A stretch of 32,000 bases of DNA from Candidatus Electrothrix yaqonensis. Lineage in GTDB: Bacteria > Desulfobacterota > Desulfobulbia > Desulfobulbales > Desulfobulbaceae. Positions 15,901 through 23,868 of this stretch are shown here, one piece after another; position 1 is the stretch's first letter, and each line of letters starts with the position of its first letter. The stretch spans positions 2,700,001 to 2,732,000 of the forward strand of contig CP178758.1 of assembly GCA_047651235.1 (NCBI GenBank). The letters run 5' to 3'. A program made the translations under genes and the position numbers. Under the pieces are notes generated by a model. The model worked only from the letters and a program-made list of their open reading frames with translations. It did not search any database and was not told where the DNA came from.

Positions 15901-18900
15901 ACAATGAACTGTCCGGCAACCACCTTGGCGGTTGGCGACAACATGACCTGCACCGCAACCCATACCTTTACCCAGGATGAGCTGAACGCTGGCGGCACCC
16001 TGGACAACACCGTCACGGCCGACTCCGAGGAAACCGATCCGGTAACTGACGATCTGTCGATTCCGATCGAGCAGAACCCGGCAATGACTGTGGAGAAAAG
16101 CTCAACCACAACAGGGCTTTCCGCTCCGGCAACGGTTCCTTACAGCTATCTGGTCAGCAACACCGGTAACGTGACGCTGACAGGTATCAGTCTGGCAGAC
16201 AATAATATCGATGCAGAGACAATGAACTGTCCGGCAACCACCTTGGCGGTTGGCGACAACATGACCTGCACCGCAACCCATACCTTTACCCAGGATGAGC
16301 TGAACGCTGGCGGCACTCTGGACAACACCGTCACGGCCGACTCCGAGGAAACCGATCCGGTAACTGACGATCTGTCGATTCCGATCGAGCAGAACCCGGC
16401 AATGACTGTGGAGAAAAGCTCAACCACAACAGGGCTTTCCGCTCCGGCAACGGTTCCTTACAGCTATCTGGTCAGCAACACCGGTAACGTGACGCTGACA
16501 GGTATCAGTCTGGCAGACAATAATATCGATGCAGAGACAATGAACTGTCCGGCAACCACCTTGGCGGTTGGCGACAACATGACCTGCACCGCAACCCATA
16601 CCTTTACCCAGGATGAGCTGAACGCTGGCGGCACTCTGGACAACACCGTCACGGCCGACTCCGAGGAAACCGATCCGGTAACTGACGATCTGTCGATTCC
16701 GATCGAGCAGAACCCGGCAATGACTGTGGAGAAAAGCTCAACCACAACAGGGCTTTCCGCTCCGGCAACGGTTCCTTACAGCTATCTGGTCAGCAACACC
16801 GGTAACGTGACGCTGACAGGTATCAGTCTGGCAGACAATAATATCGATGCAGAGACAATGAACTGTCCGGCAACCACCTTGGCGGTTGGCGACAACATGA
16901 CCTGCACCGCAACCCATACCTTTACCCAGGATGAGCTGAACGCTGGCGGCACCCTGGACAACACCGTCACGGCCGACTCCGAGGAAACCGATCCGGTAAC
17001 TGACGATCTGTCGATTCCGATCGAGCAGAACCCGGCAATGACTGTGGAGAAAAGCTCAACCACAACAGGGCTTTCCGCTCCGGCAACGGTTCCTTACAGC
17101 TATCTGGTCAGCAACACCGGTAACGTGACGCTGACAGGTATCAGTCTGGCAGACAATAATATCGATGCAGAGACAATGAACTGTCCGGCAACCACCTTGG
17201 CGGTTGGCGACAACATGACCTGCACCGCAACCCATACCTTTACCCAGGATGAGCTGAACGCTGGCGGCACCCTGGACAACACCGTCACGGCCGACTCCGA
17301 GGAAACCGATCCGGTAACTGACGATCTGTCGATTCCGATCGAGCAGAACCCGGCAATGACTGTGGAGAAAAGCTCAACCACAACAGGGCTTTCCGCTCCG
17401 GCAACGGTTCCTTACAGCTATCTGGTCAGCAACACCGGTAACGTGACGCTGACAGGTATCAGTCTGGCAGACAATAATATCGATGCAGAGACAATGAACT
17501 GTCCGGCAACCACCTTGGCGGTTGGCGACAACATGACCTGCACCGCAACCCATACCTTTACCCAGGATGAGCTGAACGCTGGCGGCACCCTGGACAACAC
17601 CGTCACGGCCGACTCCGAGGAAACCGATCCGGTAACTGACGATCTGTCGATTCCGATCGAGCAGAACCCGGCAATGACTGTGGAGAAAAGCTCAACCACA
17701 ACAGGGCTTTCCGCTCCGGCAACGGTTCCTTACAGCTATCTGGTCAGCAACACCGGTAACGTGACGCTGACAGGTATCAGTCTGGCAGACAATAATATCG
17801 ATGCAGAGACAATGAACTGTCCGGCAACCACCTTGGCGGTTGGCGACAACATGACCTGCACCGCAACCCATACCTTTACCCAGGATGAGCTGAACGCTGG
17901 CGGCACCCTGGACAACACCGTCACGGCCGACTCCGAGGAAACCGATCCGGTAACTGACGATCTGTCGATTCCGATCGAGCAGAACCCGGCAATGACTGTG
18001 GAGAAAAGCTCAACCACAACAGGGCTTTCCGCTCCGGCAACGGTTCCTTACAGCTATCTGGTCAGCAACACCGGTAACGTGACGCTGACAGGTATCAGTC
18101 TGGCAGACAATAATATCGATGCAGAGACAATGAACTGTCCGGCAACCACCTTGGCGGTTGGCGACAACATGACCTGCACCGCAACCCATACCTTTACCCA
18201 GGATGAGCTGAACGCTGGCGGCACCCTGGACAACACCGTCACGGCCGACTCCGAGGAAACCGATCCGGTAACTGACGATCTGTCGATTCCGATCGAGCAG
18301 AACCCGGCAATGACTGTGGAGAAAAGCTCAACCACAACAGGGCTTTCCGCTCCGGCAACGGTTCCTTACAGCTATCTGGTCAGCAACACCGGTAACGTGA
18401 CGCTGACAGGTATCAGTCTGGCAGACAATAATATCGATGCAGAGACAATGAACTGTCCGGCAACCACCTTGGCGGTTGGCGACAACATGACCTGCACCGC
18501 AACCCATACCTTTACCCAGGATGAGCTGAACGCTGGCGGCACTCTGGACAACACCGTCACGGCCGACTCCGAGGAAACCGATCCGGTAACTGACGATCTG
18601 TCGATTCCGATCGAGCAGAACCCGGCAATGACTGTGGAGAAAAGCTCAACCACAACAGGGCTTTCCGCTCCGGCAACGGTTCCTTACAGCTATCTGGTCA
18701 GCAACACCGGTAACGTGACGCTGACAGGTATCAGTCTGGCAGACAATAATATCGATGCAGAGACAATGAACTGTCCGGCAACCACCTTGGCGGTTGGCGA
18801 CAACATGACCTGCACCGCAACCCATACCTTTACCCAGGATGAGCTGAACGCTGGCGGCACCCTGGACAACACCGTCACGGCCGACTCCGAGGAAACCGAT

Positions 18901-21189
18901 CCGGTAACTGACGATCTGTCGATTCCGATCGAGCAGAACCCGGCAATGACTGTGGAGAAAAGCTCAACCACAACAGGGCTTTCCGCTCCGGCAACGGTTC
19001 CTTACAGCTATCTGGTCAGCAACACCGGTAACGTGACGCTGACAGGTATCAGTCTGGCAGACAATAATATCGATGCAGAGACAATGAACTGTCCGGCAAC
19101 CACCTTGGCGGTTGGCGACAACATGACCTGCACCGCAACCCATACCTTTACCCAGGATGAGCTGAACGCTGGCGGCACCCTGGACAACACCGTCACGGCC
19201 GACTCCGAGGAAACCGATCCGGTAACTGACGATCTGTCGATTCCGATCGAGCAGAACCCGGCAATGACTGTGGAGAAAAGCTCAACCACAACAGGGCTTT
19301 CCGCTCCGGCAACGGTTCCTTACAGCTATCTGGTCAGCAACACCGGTAACGTGACGCTGACAGGTATCAGTCTGGCAGACAATAATATCGATGCAGAGAC
19401 AATGAACTGTCCGGCAACCACCTTGGCGGTTGGCGACAACATGACCTGCACCGCAACCCATACCTTTACCCAGGATGAGCTGAACGCTGGCGGCACCCTG
19501 GACAACACCGTCACGGCCGACTCCGAGGAAACCGATCCGGTAACTGACGATCTGTCGATTCCGATCGAGCAGAACCCGGCAATGACTGTGGAGAAAAGCT
19601 CAACCACAACAGGGCTTTCCGCTCCGGCAACGGTTCCTTACAGCTATCTGGTCAGCAACACCGGTAACGTGACGCTGACAGGTATCAGTCTGGCAGACAA
19701 TAATATCGATGCAGAGACAATGAACTGTCCGGCAACCACCTTGGCGGTTGGCGACAACATGACCTGCACCGCAACCCATACCTTTACCCAGGATGAGCTG
19801 AACGCTGGCGGCACTCTGGACAACACCGTCACGGCCGACTCCGAGGAAACCGATCCGGTAACTGACGATCTGTCGATTCCGATCGAGCAGAACCCGGCAA
19901 TGACTGTGGAGAAAAGCTCAACCACAACAGGGCTTTCCGCTCCGGCAACGGTTCCTTACAGCTATCTGGTCAGCAACACCGGTAACGTGACGCTGACAGG
20001 TATCAGTCTGGCAGACAATAATATCGATGCAGAGACAATGAACTGTCCGGCAACCACCTTGGCGGTTGGCGACAACATGACCTGCACCGCAACCCATACC
20101 TTTACCCAGGATGAGCTGAACGCTGGCGGCACCCTGGACAACACCGTCACGGCCGACTCCGAGGAAACCGATCCGGTAACTGACGATCTGTCGATTCCGA
20201 TCGAGCAGAACCCGGCAATGACTGTGGAGAAAAGCTCAACCACAACAGGGCTTTCCGCTCCGGCAACGGTTCCTTACAGCTATCTGGTCAGCAACACCGG
20301 TAACGTGACGCTGACAGGTATCAGTCTGGCAGACAATAATATCGATGCAGAGACAATGAACTGTCCGGCAACCACCTTGGCGGTTGGCGACAACATGACC
20401 TGCACCGCAACCCATACCTTTACCCAGGATGAGCTGAACGCTGGCGGCACCCTGGACAACACCGTCACGGCCGACTCCGAGGAAACCGATCCGGTAACTG
20501 ACGATCTGTCGATTCCGATCGAGCAGAACCCGGCAATGACCCTTGTCAAGTCCGCAGATCCGGCCACCTACAGCGCGGTCGGTGATATGATCAGCTACAG
20601 CTACGAGGTGACCAACAGCGGCAACGTGACCGTCAGCGGTCAGATCACGGTGGCTGACGACAAGTCCGACGATGAGTCCTGTCCGGCAGGCGATCTGGCG
20701 CCCGGCGCGGCAATGACCTGTACGGCGAGCTACACCATAACCCAGGACGACCTGGACAACGGTTCGGTGACCAACGTGGCCACTGCCACGGGCAAGGATC
20801 CGAACGACAGTCCGGTAACTTCAAATCAGGACGACGAGACGGTGACTGCGGATATCGTGCAGGAATGCGCACCCTGCGACGGTAAAATCACAGACCTGAC
20901 CCTGAAGTATACAGGTGCATCAGAAGCCGTTATCAGGGTTAAAACGAAGGGTAAAAAAGGCACCGTGGTATTTGAAAAGTCAGTTGCACCTGGCGAAGAA
21001 TTTCAATTCATCGGTCAGGATAAGAAAGGAACCCTCGGAACCGAAATAACCATATATGTAGACGGTATCGAAAACACCAAGATTCACACAAGCTGTTCCG
21101 TTCCTATCGGCCCGGGCCTTGTAAGCGGTGATTTCGAAGTCATCGAAGCACACTCCAGAAACGGAGGATTGACATGCCCGGTAGACTAA
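12949..21189 (+). CDS. Giant secreted/surface repeat protein (2746 aa). Order: Sec signal peptide, Cys-rich N-terminal domain, 6 diverged Ig-like repeats, 15 identical DUF11/DUF7507-type repeats, 1 diverged repeat, Cys-containing C-terminal module
   Basis: Strong RBS (aaaaaggaggagctgaaaaATG). Signal peptide MKRRLGHKKRGRPWRLTAAAFSLAAGLVLGVQTAQA|DG. Repeats carry the 'conserved repeat domain' signature (EPGGxVTYTIxVTNTS...; ...YSYLVSNTGNVTLTGISLAD...). The 8.2-kb frame is uninterrupted and an intrinsic terminator lies downstream. Confidence 0.95.
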   Translation: MKRRLGHKKRGRPWRLTAAAFSLAAGLVLGVQTAQADGAGNADVIPDVGCMEDVAGFGLNCTANDVQLANATNIVILDSDGGCAFPGDTVTFTADFEVLLTAQARHDVGIWFAQDGDPNGDGALTGACTAATPAYAPDLPWLDLDGTSDPLPGDNKPSGTQDTCGDIDDSHNPLFPSITLTVTCIDPDGNGKLNLPNCTSWRQPGANDLCTSPLGAFPGAPSKCRCDDGFEVDINVPPAELKVVKTAIPDSIPEPGGTVDFQVEVTNASTLSSVTLTQIADDENNDGTNDISYNASEVCLDTELSSLETTTCTFTRTLSGNAGDMLTDKVTAFGIDENSNEIEGGDTATVEITDVPSAVQVEKTVDPTSVDEPGGEVTYTIKVTNTSTVDAVTIDTVNDPDLDGDIRAFCGNPPLTFPVTLAPNEFFTCTVPSSVEGNAGDLIDNTASASGIDDDGNPVSDDDIATVAINNVPSSIMLTKSVAPEQVNEPGGDVIYTFDVTNTSKVDNVTINSINDPNLGGDISAADCSPNLPAALAPSEMVTCTVSSSVTGNAGDNIPNTATAYGVDDDGYSLSAVDSANVAILNLPSSIQVIKSVDPTMVDEPGGPVTYTIRITNTSSVDEVTIDTVNDELLGGDISADCDATVPVTLAPNAYFTCTVSGSVEGAAGDMIPNTASASGTDDDGESVSGSDGALVEIKDVPSSVVLTKTANPTSLDEPGGEVSFTVVIENTSPVDALTLTGLNDNIYGDLNGQGDCSVPQTIAVGDSYSCSFTGQVNGNAGETHIDTVTGTLNDDDEQTHNPSDDATVEIITAPPELAVVKDNDADGNGSFTDTETVPATATYPKTIPYQVAITNNSGSAATITAIGDTPHDIMGSSCAALLNTTINADQTVTCTFNATFVNADSGSVTNTFEVTADNTAGSDTASDTSKVNFEQNPAMTVEKSSTTTGLSAPATVPYSYLVSNTGNVTLTGISLADNNIDAETMNCPATTLAVGDNMTCTATHTFTQDELNAGGTLDNTVTADSEETDPVTDDLSIPIEQNPAMTVEKSSTTTGLSAPATVPYSYLVSNTGNVTLTGISLADNNIDAETMNCPATTLAVGDNMTCTATHTFTQDELNAGGTLDNTVTADSEETDPVTDDLSIPIEQNPAMTVEKSSTTTGLSAPATVPYSYLVSNTGNVTLTGISLADNNIDAETMNCPATTLAVGDNMTCTATHTFTQDELNAGGTLDNTVTADSEETDPVTDDLSIPIEQNPAMTVEKSSTTTGLSAPATVPYSYLVSNTGNVTLTGISLADNNIDAETMNCPATTLAVGDNMTCTATHTFTQDELNAGGTLDNTVTADSEETDPVTDDLSIPIEQNPAMTVEKSSTTTGLSAPATVPYSYLVSNTGNVTLTGISLADNNIDAETMNCPATTLAVGDNMTCTATHTFTQDELNAGGTLDNTVTADSEETDPVTDDLSIPIEQNPAMTVEKSSTTTGLSAPATVPYSYLVSNTGNVTLTGISLADNNIDAETMNCPATTLAVGDNMTCTATHTFTQDELNAGGTLDNTVTADSEETDPVTDDLSIPIEQNPAMTVEKSSTTTGLSAPATVPYSYLVSNTGNVTLTGISLADNNIDAETMNCPATTLAVGDNMTCTATHTFTQDELNAGGTLDNTVTADSEETDPVTDDLSIPIEQNPAMTVEKSSTTTGLSAPATVPYSYLVSNTGNVTLTGISLADNNIDAETMNCPATTLAVGDNMTCTATHTFTQDELNAGGTLDNTVTADSEETDPVTDDLSIPIEQNPAMTVEKSSTTTGLSAPATVPYSYLVSNTGNVTLTGISLADNNIDAETMNCPATTLAVGDNMTCTATHTFTQDELNAGGTLDNTVTADSEETDPVTDDLSIPIEQNPAMTVEKSSTTTGLSAPATVPYSYLVSNTGNVTLTGISLADNNIDAETMNCPATTLAVGDNMTCTATHTFTQDELNAGGTLDNTVTADSEETDPVTDDLSIPIEQNPAMTVEKSSTTTGLSAPATVPYSYLVSNTGNVTLTGISLADNNIDAETMNCPATTLAVGDNMTCTATHTFTQDELNAGGTLDNTVTADSEETDPVTDDLSIPIEQNPAMTVEKSSTTTGLSAPATVPYSYLVSNTGNVTLTGISLADNNIDAETMNCPATTLAVGDNMTCTATHTFTQDELNAGGTLDNTVTADSEETDPVTDDLSIPIEQNPAMTVEKSSTTTGLSAPATVPYSYLVSNTGNVTLTGISLADNNIDAETMNCPATTLAVGDNMTCTATHTFTQDELNAGGTLDNTVTADSEETDPVTDDLSIPIEQNPAMTVEKSSTTTGLSAPATVPYSYLVSNTGNVTLTGISLADNNIDAETMNCPATTLAVGDNMTCTATHTFTQDELNAGGTLDNTVTADSEETDPVTDDLSIPIEQNPAMTVEKSSTTTGLSAPATVPYSYLVSNTGNVTLTGISLADNNIDAETMNCPATTLAVGDNMTCTATHTFTQDELNAGGTLDNTVTADSEETDPVTDDLSIPIEQNPAMTLVKSADPATYSAVGDMISYSYEVTNSGNVTVSGQITVADDKSDDESCPAGDLAPGAAMTCTASYTITQDDLDNGSVTNVATATGKDPNDSPVTSNQDDETVTADIVQECAPCDGKITDLTLKYTGASEAVIRVKTKGKKGTVVFEKSVAPGEEFQFIGQDKKGTLGTEITIYVDGIENTKIHTSCSVPIGPGLVSGDFEVIEAHSRNGGLTCPVD
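13654..15750 (+). repeat. Six diverged coding repeats of about 113-121 codons (unit starts 13654, 14011, 14362, 14707, 15049, 15388)
   Basis: Each unit starts (V/L/A)P(S/P)... and contains (D/N/P)EPGG.V.(Y/F)(T/Q) and (V/I).N.S. It also has two Cys and NAGD, and ends in an acidic segment. Units are related at protein level only. Confidence 0.75.
15751..20520 (+). repeat. Tandem array of 15 x 318 bp (106 codons each), essentially identical at nucleotide level
   Basis: Unit starts at 15751 + 318n (n = 0-14). Unit peptide: EQNPAMTVEKSSTTTGLSAPATVPYSYLVSNTGNVTLTGISLADNNIDAETMNCPATTLAVGDNMTCTATHTFTQDELNAGGTLDNTVTADSEETDPVTDDLSIPI. The only difference I found is C/T at unit position 249. T occurs at 16317, 16635, 18543 and 19815. 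Confidence 0.97.
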
Positions 21190-21321
21190 ACGGCGACGAC
21201 GGAAGTTCTGACGACAAAGACAAAGGAGGGCGCTAACCCGGCGAGACCAAGTAGCTCTGCTCTATACGTGATATGTAATCACACCCTCACAATCAATTAA
21301 GCTCCGTTTAGGAGCACAGCA

Positions 21322-21358
21322 GGAGATCAGACCGGAAGGTCTGGTCTCCTTTTTTTTT
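21322..21358 (+). terminator. Rho-independent terminator of the giant gene
   Basis: GGAGATCAGACC-ggaa-GGTCTGGTCTCC (12-bp stem with one G-U pair, GGAA loop) followed by a run of nine T. Confidence 0.8.
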
Positions 21359-21439
21359 CGTACACGCCGGGTCAGGCAGCCGATTGAATAATTTTTTGAT
21401 TTTGAGTAAAAATTACAGGATGGATAAATCGGGGCATAG

Positions 21440-21463
21440 CGGTCAGCTCTGCTCAACTCTGCA
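21440..21463. repeat. Downstream copy of the 24-nt direct repeat; overlaps the stop codon and last three codons of tsaC
   Basis: cggtcagctCtgctcaactctgca. On the minus strand positions 21453-21455 are the TGA stop of tsaC (...LLQS*). Confidence 0.85.
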
Positions 21464-22106
21464 GCAGTATATCTCCGAACGCGATTTTGCCCTCCCGCAG
21501 GCAGCAAAGCTGCTGATCCGGGCTGCAGGCAACCAGGGTTGAGCCTGCTCCGCCGGGGGTGGTGCCGCCGTCAAGAACAAGATCAACCTCTGCGCCGAAG
21601 GCATTTTTAACTTCAGCGGCTGTGGTGGCAGGAGGACAGCCGGAGCGGTTGGCGCTGGTCGCGGTGGTCGGCCCGCCAAAGGCGTGCAGCAGGCGGTTAG
21701 CCAGAGGATGCGGAGAATGCCGGATACCGATGGTGCCGGTGCCACCGGTGAGCAGAGCAGGCAGGGTAGGGCGGGCCGGGCAGACCAGAGTCAGCGGGCC
21801 GGGCCAGAATCGCGCCATGAGTCGCCTGAAAGGAGCGGGGACATCGGCAGCCAGCACGGGCACCTGTTCCTCTCCGGCAACCAGGACTAGGACAGGTTTT
21901 TCCGGTTTCCGCTGTTTTACGGCAAAAAGCCGCTGCAGGGCCCCGATGTTCAGCGGATCAACCCCGAGGCCGTAATAAGTTTCCGTGGGAAAAGCGATCA
22001 GGCCGCCCCGGCGCAGCAGCCTGACTGCCTCGCCGAGCCCGGCGGCATCAGCAGCCGGACAGACCGGGCAGGGCACAGCTGCAGCCTGCCTCTTACCCTT
22101 GGGCAA
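21453..22106 (-). CDS. tsaC: L-threonylcarbamoyladenylate synthase (YrdC/TsaC family)
   Basis: LIAFPTETYYGLGVDP is the YrdC-domain signature, and ...GPTTATSANRSG... is also typical. The start is uncertain: the track start at 22106 is a TTG overlapping the purD-purE stop, and an in-frame GTG lies 30 nt further in. Confidence 0.8.
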   Translation of the reverse strand: MPKGKRQAAAVPCPVCPAADAAGLGEAVRLLRRGGLIAFPTETYYGLGVDPLNIGALQRLFAVKQRKPEKPVLVLVAGEEQVPVLAADVPAPFRRLMARFWPGPLTLVCPARPTLPALLTGGTGTIGIRHSPHPLANRLLHAFGGPTTATSANRSGCPPATTAAEVKNAFGAEVDLVLDGGTTPGGAGSTLVACSPDQQLCCLREGKIAFGDILLQS

Positions 22107-23868
22107 GGGCCTGATTCTTTGCTTCTACCTGTTCCGCCATCTCCCGGCTGTACTGCTCAAGAGCGGCCGTCAGATCCGGATTGTGCGCGGCAAGAATTCT
22201 GGCGGCAAACACGGCTGCGTTTTTTGCCCCGGCCTTGCCGATGCCCATCGTACCCACCGGGATACCCGGGGGCATCTGCACGGTTGAAAGCAGGGCGTCC
22301 AGCCCGTTCAGCGACGAGGCGTCAATGGGCACCCCGATCACCGGCAGGGTGGTATGGGCCGCCAGCACTCCGGCAAGATGGGCCGCCATGCCGGCACCGG
22401 CGATAATAACCTTCAGCCCCCGATGAGCAGCCATTCTGGCGTATTCGGCAGCTAGCTCAGGGGTACGATGGGCCGAGGCGATTTTTACCTCGTTTTTGAT
22501 CCCCATAGTATTGAGAAAATCTGTTGCCGTCTTCATCACCGGCAGATCCGAATCTGATCCCATAACCACGCCCACCAGCGGTCCGGTATTCTTCTGCATA
22601 TGCGAGATAGCCCGGTGGCCGATATCCCGGCGGAAATAACTGCCCTTCCATCTGATTTTGTCTACGGCCTTGTAGGCCCGTTCAATGGCTTTGTTGATGG
22701 TGCTGTCCAGCGCGGTCACCCCCAGTACCCTGCCGCCGGAAGTGACGGTCCGCCGGTTCTCAATCGTGGTACCGGCATGAAAAATCATTACATCCTTCAG
22801 TTTTCCGGCATTCATCAGGCCGCTGATTGCCTTGCCGGTGACATAGGCCCCCGGATAGCCCTCTGACGCCATGACCACGCAGACAGCGGCGCGCGGATCG
22901 ATCTCCAGTTCAATCTCGCTCAGCCTGCCGTCAATGACCTTTTCCAGAATCTCAACAAGGTCAGTCTGCAGGCGCATGAGCAGGGGCTGGCATTCCGGAT
23001 CACCAAAGCGGCAGTTGAACTCCAGCACATTGATCTCATCGCCGTCAATCATCATTCCGGCATACAGCATGCCCTTGAAGGGTCTGCCTTCTTCCGCCAT
23101 GCCGCGCACCGTGGGCAGCATGACCTCGTTCATCACCCGCATGCACATGCCGTCATCCATTACCGGGGCCGGAGAATAGGCCCCCATCCCGCCGGTATTC
23201 GGGCCGCGGTCACCCTCAAACACGGCCTTGTGATCCTGAGAAGAAGGCAGCGGCAGCACGGTTTCCCCGTCAACAAAGGCGATGAACGAAGCCTCTTCTC
23301 CGGTGAGGAACTGCTCCACCACAACAGAATGACCTGCCTCGCCGAAAGCACCTTCCTTCATCATCTGATCAACCGTGTCCTTGGCCTCCTCAACGCTTTC
23401 ACAGACAACAACCCCTTTGCCGGCTGCCAGCCCGTTCGCCTTGACCACACAGGGAGAGCCGATCTCATCAATGTATTTCTTGGCCGCACCCGGCTTGTCA
23501 AACGCCTGATATTCTGCACTGGGAATGTTATGTTTTTTGAGGAATTCCTTGCAAAAAACCTTGCTGCTTTCCAGCTCAGCAGCAGCCGCGTTCGGTCCGA
23601 AAATCCGCAGCCCTTTTTCTGCAAAACGGTCCACGATGCCTGCGGCCAAGGCATTTTCCGGCCCGACCACGGTCAGGTCGAAATTTTCTTTCAGAGCGAA
23701 TTCCAGCAGCCCGTCAATATCATCAGCAGCAATCCGGACACAGTTGGCCAGCTTTTTTATTCCGGCATTTCCGGGGGCACAGCAGATAGACCTTACCTTT
23801 TCAGACTGGCTCAGCTTCCATACCAGGGCATGTTCTCTGCCGCCGGAACCAATGACCAGAACCTTCAT
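22093..23868 (-). CDS. purD-purE: Fused phosphoribosylamine-glycine ligase (PurD) / N5-CAIR mutase-type PurE (591 aa)
   Basis: GAGGAGG RBS. The N-terminal ~425 aa reads MKVLVIGSGGREHALVWKL...ATP-grasp...YFRRDIGHRAISH (PurD). It continues without a stop into MQKNTGPLVGVVMGSDSDLPVM...SAHRTPE...IIAGAGMAAHLAG...VIGVP (PurE, class I-like SAHRTP motif). Confidence 0.9.
   Translation of the reverse strand: MKVLVIGSGGREHALVWKLSQSEKVRSICCAPGNAGIKKLANCVRIAADDIDGLLEFALKENFDLTVVGPENALAAGIVDRFAEKGLRIFGPNAAAAELESSKVFCKEFLKKHNIPSAEYQAFDKPGAAKKYIDEIGSPCVVKANGLAAGKGVVVCESVEEAKDTVDQMMKEGAFGEAGHSVVVEQFLTGEEASFIAFVDGETVLPLPSSQDHKAVFEGDRGPNTGGMGAYSPAPVMDDGMCMRVMNEVMLPTVRGMAEEGRPFKGMLYAGMMIDGDEINVLEFNCRFGDPECQPLLMRLQTDLVEILEKVIDGRLSEIELEIDPRAAVCVVMASEGYPGAYVTGKAISGLMNAGKLKDVMIFHAGTTIENRRTVTSGGRVLGVTALDSTINKAIERAYKAVDKIRWKGSYFRRDIGHRAISHMQKNTGPLVGVVMGSDSDLPVMKTATDFLNTMGIKNEVKIASAHRTPELAAEYARMAAHRGLKVIIAGAGMAAHLAGVLAAHTTLPVIGVPIDASSLNGLDALLSTVQMPPGIPVGTMGIGKAGAKNAAVFAARILAAHNPDLTAALEQYSREMAEQVEAKNQALAQG

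Noticed and set aside
15751-20520. Regularly spaced identical repeats that might suggest a CRISPR array
   Set aside because: The units are 318 bp and directly abutting with no unique spacers. They lie in frame within a protein-coding gene, and no cas genes are present.
15828-20567. Fifteen identical 93-95-aa ORFs on the minus strand, evenly spaced every 318 bp
   Set aside because: They are the antisense shadow of the 318-bp coding repeat in the giant plus-strand gene. One fortuitously open antisense frame is copied 15 times. They have no RBS and sit entirely inside a well-supported 8.2-kb CDS.
8200-21450. Search for integrase, transposase, IS ends or reverse transcriptase that could explain the accessory block
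   Set aside because: No ORF in any frame showed recombinase, DDE or RT motifs that I could recognise. The mobility inference therefore rests only on direct repeats and composition, and no mobile_element feature is called.
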